DNA of 64,000 nucleotides. Origin: the human T2T-CHM13v2.0 reference genome, Homo sapiens. Below are positions 58,496-64,000 of this stretch, one piece after another. The notes beneath the pieces are model-generated. The model was not told the DNA's origin and searched no databases. It was given only the letters and a program-made list of their open reading frames with translations. Each line of letters begins with the position of its first letter. Positions within the stretch are counted from its first letter, which is position 1. The translations under genes and the position numbers were made by a program. The stretch lies in assembly GCF_009914755.1 (NCBI RefSeq), contig NC_060935.1; one strand, given 5' to 3'.

Positions 58496-59269
58496 ATTCT
58501 GAAGCACTTAATTGGAATCTTGAATAACAATGATGACTTGGAAATGGCTTTTGGAGCAGAGACAGTGCCTAAGAATTGCTTCGCCTGAACCTGAAATGCA
58601 TTCACATGTCTACTAACCCAGACAGTTTTGAATAGGCACATGGGACCTACTGAAGATTAGTGGAGCCAGGACCCAATCCAATGGGAAATCTGTTCTATTT
58701 TCCTCAAAATACTAATGCATTCTCCCAGAGTTGTACTAATGCATAACTCCTAGGGAGTTAATAAGGCATTTTCTAAACTTCTTAATGATCTCCCAGTCAC
58801 AAGGCCATTCTCTACACTGTTTGGTCTAAATTATCACATCGTCTTGCCAAGATGTGGCTGGTTCCTAGTGCAGACTGGCTCGAGGTGGAACTGGAAAGAT
58901 GTCCGCATTTGTGTTTGTGGCCCAATTCAATGTTCTGCATCTTCCCCTACCCACTCTGTGCCATGTCCCAAGGCTGATGACCCTTCAGAAACCCCAGGCC
59001 TACAGAAGAAAGTTCTTCCCCAATCTCTGCTTTCAGGAAAAGATTGACATGTGAATTCATGTGATTGAATTTTCTGTTCTAAAATGTGTTCTTGCAGAAT
59101 GAAAGTCTTTGTTCTCTCTAACTTGGGGTGGAGGGATGGAGAGAGATGTGTGTAGGTCGATGTGTGTACATGTATATATATATGTCTACATGGCTAAGGA
59201 AGCCCTTGCCCCATACCCTTCAAGCTCAACAAGTGTATTCTAAGCACTTTGCAAAGATAAAACAGTGTA

Positions 59270-59393
59270 GGGCAGTGACCCTCAACCTTTACTACATATT
59301 AGGATTACTGGAGAGGCTTTTGAAACACACCAATGCCTGGGCCTTACTCCAGCCCAGGTAACCAGACTCTCAGCCAATGTTTAGAACTACTGG
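59270..59393. mobile_element. MER5-type hAT-Charlie MITE
   Basis: cagtgaccctcaacctt..gtttagaactactg TIR remnants. Confidence 0.65.
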
Positions 59394-59711
59394 CACAATG
59401 GAACATATCTGGGCATTGGCATTAGCAGATGTGGGTTCAAATCTCAGCTCTGATATTTACGAATGGCACAAACAAGGCCGTGATACTAATACTAATCACA
59501 CTGCATTATAAAGCAGTAAAATGATCAGCAGGGCACCTTTCTCATAGCAGAGGCTCACTAATTTTGCTTCCTTTACCCCAGTCTGTCAGACATTTAAGCT
59601 AGGTGCTAGAAATTACTCACACAAAAAAACAAGTATCATGTCCATATCTGGCTCTATGAACAGATACTTTCCTTTTAAAGAAAAAAAAGTTCCCTAAAAC
59701 TTCTTCCAGAG

Positions 59712-59940
59712 TAGTGATTTCTCACCTCTGGATACACATCAGAAGCACTCTCAGAGTCTCAGAGTTAAAAAAAAGAAAAGAAAGAAAAGAAAAGAAAAAA
59801 GAAAGGAAAAGAAAAAGAAACAATGCAGATGGATATTGGCTCCACCCCAAAGATTCTGATTTAATTTAATTGACCTCAAATAGGGCAGGCATCAGTATTT
59901 TTAAAAGCTTCTAATGTGAGTTCAGGATTGAAAAGATAGT
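59712..59940. mobile_element. MER5B-like MITE with GA-rich insert
   Basis: gtagtgatttctcacctctgg..ccaccccaaagattctgatttaatt..ggcatcagtatttttaaaagct. Confidence 0.7.
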
Positions 59941-60905
59941 ATTCTAGAACAAGGATACACGTACTATTGTGAAAAAAAACAATAAATAAGTGGTCAAAAG
60001 ATGGGTTTGCCTCCAGCTCTGCCACTGACAGTATGACCTTAGATACATCACATAAATTCTCCAGAATTGAAAATGGAGATAATAGTGTGTGGCTTAAAGA
60101 ATAGTCATAAGAATGAAATGATATAATGTAAGTGAAAGTGCATTTTAAACCACAAAGCACTGCACAATTTTAGCTCTTATCATTCTGGAGATGATGATGT
60201 CTTGGGTTAGCTGCATGATTAGTCTACAATCCTTTCGAGATTGTCCAGTACCTGGGTCTAAGAAGGAGGGTTTGGATATGGGAATACATAAGGATTGATA
60301 ACTGTCACAAGACTTTGATGACTTTCTCCAAATGGCAAAAGAGAAAGATTTCCTCTGGGTCAAGAATCCATTGAACTTCAAGGCAAATTGAAACAGAAAA
60401 TTTCTTACCATCCCAAACAATTTATCTGATGGGTAATTAGTTGCTGAGACTGTATTTTTGCAATACAGTTTCTACTTCCCAAATTTGGCTTCCTCCTGAT
60501 CCTCCAATACTCCCCCACTGACAGGTTTTTGAGGTAGACTGGAATAGTAAATCATTCCAATCACACAGGTCCTGGGTATCGGGTTTAATTTAGCTACCTG
60601 TGCAGTAGGATGCTGGGGTATTTTCAAATCTTTAGCCTCCGGCACCATAAATCAGTGTGAATGTCAGCCAAGAAAAGTATTGAGATGTGAGTTAGCCTTG
60701 TGTCTACAAATACCGCTCATTATTTCTGTAAGAAGGAGAAAAAAAAATAAATGTTCCATTTAAACCCTACTTGTGGCAGGTCTTAAAAATCAAGAAAGAT
60801 GAATTGGGGAAGTTTCCTAAAAGCTGCTATGATTTCCCCCTCCCCCTCAGTTTTCAGACCCTCATTGCAGGCTGTAGCCATGTGTCATTCCGAGATTTCT
60901 TTAAA

Positions 60906-61443
60906 CAGTGGTTCTCAACCTTGGTCGTGTCATTTGGGAATCTAGGAGAAATCAGAATCTCAGGCCCCACCTCAGACTTGCTGATTTAGAATCTGCATTT
61001 TTTTCTTTTTTTTCCTTTTTTTTTTTTTGAGATGGAATCTCTCTCTGTTGCCCAGGCTAGAGTAAAATGGCGTGATCTCGGCTCACTGCAACCTCCACCT
61101 CCTAGATTCAAGCAATTCTCATGCCTCAGCCTCCCAAGTAGCTAGGATTACAGGCATACACCACCACACCCTGCTAATTATTTTTGTATTTTTAGTAGAG
61201 ACAGTGTTTCGCTATGTTGGCCAGGGAGGTCTGGAACCCCTGACTTCAAGTGATCCACCCGCCTTGGCCTCCCAAAGTGCTGAGATTACAGGCATGAGCC
61301 ACAGCCTAGAATCTGAATTTTAACCTGGATTTCTCAGAGGTGATTCCAAAGCCCATTACAGGCATGAGCCAGCCTAGAATCTGAATTTTAACCTGGATTT
61401 CTCAGAGGTGACTCCAAAGCCCATTAAAGTTTGAGAAGCCCTG
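60906..61443. mobile_element. MER5A-like MITE interrupted by a minus-strand AluS (60998-61305)
   Basis: cagtggttctcaacc..aatctcaggccccacctcagac..aagtttgagaagccctg; Alu TSD TAGAATCTG(C/A)ATTT. Confidence 0.85.
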
Positions 61444-62229
61444 TCTGACAGAATCATCTCATCAAAGCCTCCCAAACCAATATGGCAGTTATTAAAACAA
61501 ACTCAGCCAGGAGCCATTACGGGACTAGGTCAGGACCACACAGTTAGTTACTGACAAGCTGAGATGGGTCCCACAGGCCCCAGATCTGCTGGTTTCAAAA
61601 GCAGAGCACTTTCCACCTCACAACATTGGCCCTGATGTAGGGTTGTTTGGGTTTTGTTTAAACAATCATTGAGGACACAGTGTCTATAATTTATTTTACA
61701 TCTTCTGCACAAAGCAGCTTCTCGGGGATTATTCTTCACAGACTAACTGCAGATAGAAGTAAAAGAGAAAAGTTGTAAGAGACACACCATCCAGAAAATG
61801 AAGATGATGAAAAAAATTCTACTGATAAGGACCTTGACAAGAAAGCTGGAGAAAGGCTTTAATCTATGGATTTCTGGTAACCCTGGAAACCGGCACCTCT
61901 GAAGCACTGGGATAAAAATCCTCAAAGGACTGGGATGAAGATTAGTAACATCATTAGATAGATGGCAGACAGAGCCCTTTGAGAAATAAATCAATACCCA
62001 TACAGATGCAGAATACCAATATAGGAACCTTCCCCCACCAGGTGATGCCCCGTGGCAAAACACTGTGGCCATGTCCTAGGTATACCAAACATCAGTGGCT
62101 TTGACAGATGATGTGGCCCTGCCATCTTGCACTTTCACCCGCCTGATCCAAACTCTAAGCACCAGCAGTCCAGGCCGTGCCAGAGGCTGAAGGAGCAGCA
62201 CTACATGAAGAAAGATCACTGGATTGGGT

Positions 62230-62400
62230 ATAGAGAAACTAATTAGGTAAGTCACTTAATCCCTCTGTCAGTTTCCACATCCATAAAATGGGGGATAATA
62301 AACCTGCACTGCCTCCATCATAGGCTTTTTGAGTATCAACAAAGTTAATCCACGTGAAAGTGCTTGGGAAATCATGAAGGCTGATGATAAATTATAACTA
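62230..62400 (+). mobile_element. MIR
   Basis: aagtcacttaatccctctgtcagtttccacatccataaaatggggataata. Confidence 0.78.
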
Positions 62401-62488
62401 GTGTTACAATGACTAGTTTTTTCCTGACCATGCAGGCATAGACACCTGAGACCCAGATTCACAACTATCTTGAAGAAAAGTGGTACAG

Positions 62489-62829
<341 letters not shown>

Positions 62830-63599
62830 GAAAAGTGGTACAGTACTATGCAGAAGCCACCAGCAGCTGGGCTGCTTGAATTGTTTGTCAAGCTGGGTGC
62901 TCATAAATACAGGTTATTTAGAAGAGACTAGAAATAAACCAGGGAAGGGCCCCTAACAAAACAACTCCCCTACTGGCAAGCTGCATTGCCTCATATTGCA
63001 CCATTACGGCAGTCTTTTCTTAGTTGAAGCATTGTCCTTGGGAAGATTTTAAATGCAAATTTTCCTAGGAAGAGTAACATATTGACTGGTTACCAGTCAT
63101 TTATTCTGAGTTAGTCTATTCACAGATTCCTCAGGTAGTGCTCTTAAACAAGGAAATTAAACGGTAATTTCAATAGTGGGAAAAAGATTTGGGACACTGA
63201 GACAGGCCTTGAGAGGCAAATCTGGGTAGTACATGTATTGAGTGGGATGCAAGACGGCAGAGGAGGCACAGTTTCCAAACTCGTGAGATGAACACTAAAT
63301 AAAGGAGCGGTAAAGACTGCTGAACCAAACTCACTTACACTTTTTCTCAAGGTCTAAAAGGGGAAGAATTGGATCCTGTGCTTCTTTGCCTAATCCAAGT
63401 TCCTGTTTGCACTGATTCTTTGTCTTTTCCTCTAGGTAGCAGAGTTTACCTTGATATTGCTCCAAGTAATAGAAAAACAAAGCTAATTTAACATTCTTGA
63501 TTATTTCTCCTCATATATCACCATTTATCCCAGACAAGTAGCTATCTGCAAGGCTCTCCTAATGGGTTTTTTAAATCAAAAGTTCTTTAAAGTGGGTTG

Positions 63600-63700
63600 G
63601 AAGGCTTTTAATATAAATTAAAAGCCTTCAATATAAATTATTGGACTCATATAATAAGTCCAATATAAATTGGACTTATTATATAAGTCCAATATAAATT
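63600..63700. repeat. Iterated hairpin array with four AATATAAATT cores
   Basis: 13-bp and 16-bp perfect stems, both with an ATAA loop. Confidence 0.92.
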
Positions 63701-64000
63701 ATCTATTTTAAGAAAGAAGTACTCGATGTCCAAAAATGATCCTCTTAAGGCCATAGACCTGGGAAATGTTCTAGAACCCTCACTGGTATAACATGCTGCC
63801 TCAGTTTCCCCAGGGTGATCAGTGTGGAGAGCAGAAAACAAGGCAATGAGGGTCAGCAAACACCAGATGGACAGCTCACACTACTCAGATGGACCCTAAC
63901 AAGCTGTGTTCCCAAAGTCTGCACATTTGTGAACCTTTAAGCCAGCCAGCTCATCCATGTCCCAGCTAGCACCTATCAGGGAACACAAACTGCCCAGGGT

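Overview
Primate (very probably human) euchromatic DNA, repeat-rich (Alu, L1, L2, MIR, MaLR/ERVL/ERV1 LTRs, Tigger1, MER DNA transposons, microsatellites), with no intact protein-coding gene I can support. The ORF track is almost all repeat-derived or chance. The main gene-derived feature is a minus-strand processed pseudogene of N6AMT1/HEMK2 (CDS-homologous 30082-30723). A perfect 18-bp direct repeat (26465-26482 and 30739-30756) suggests the retrocopy is about 4.26 kb and includes the adjacent ERVL pol and truncated MLT2 LTR as 3'UTR passenger sequence. The second theme is a set of locally templated insertion and fold-back scars: a 294-bp 98.6% inverted copy (8030-8323 to 10583-10876) with hairpin junctions, an older inverted copy of the same core, a two-template chimera (53480-53708), a hairpin-rich filler copying 34 bp from 2 kb away, and several iterated palindromic arrays. 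Three donor-acceptor pairs are 2.0-2.7 kb apart. I found no convincing new gene-encoded system. Repeat subfamily names are from recall of consensus sequences and their boundaries are approximate.
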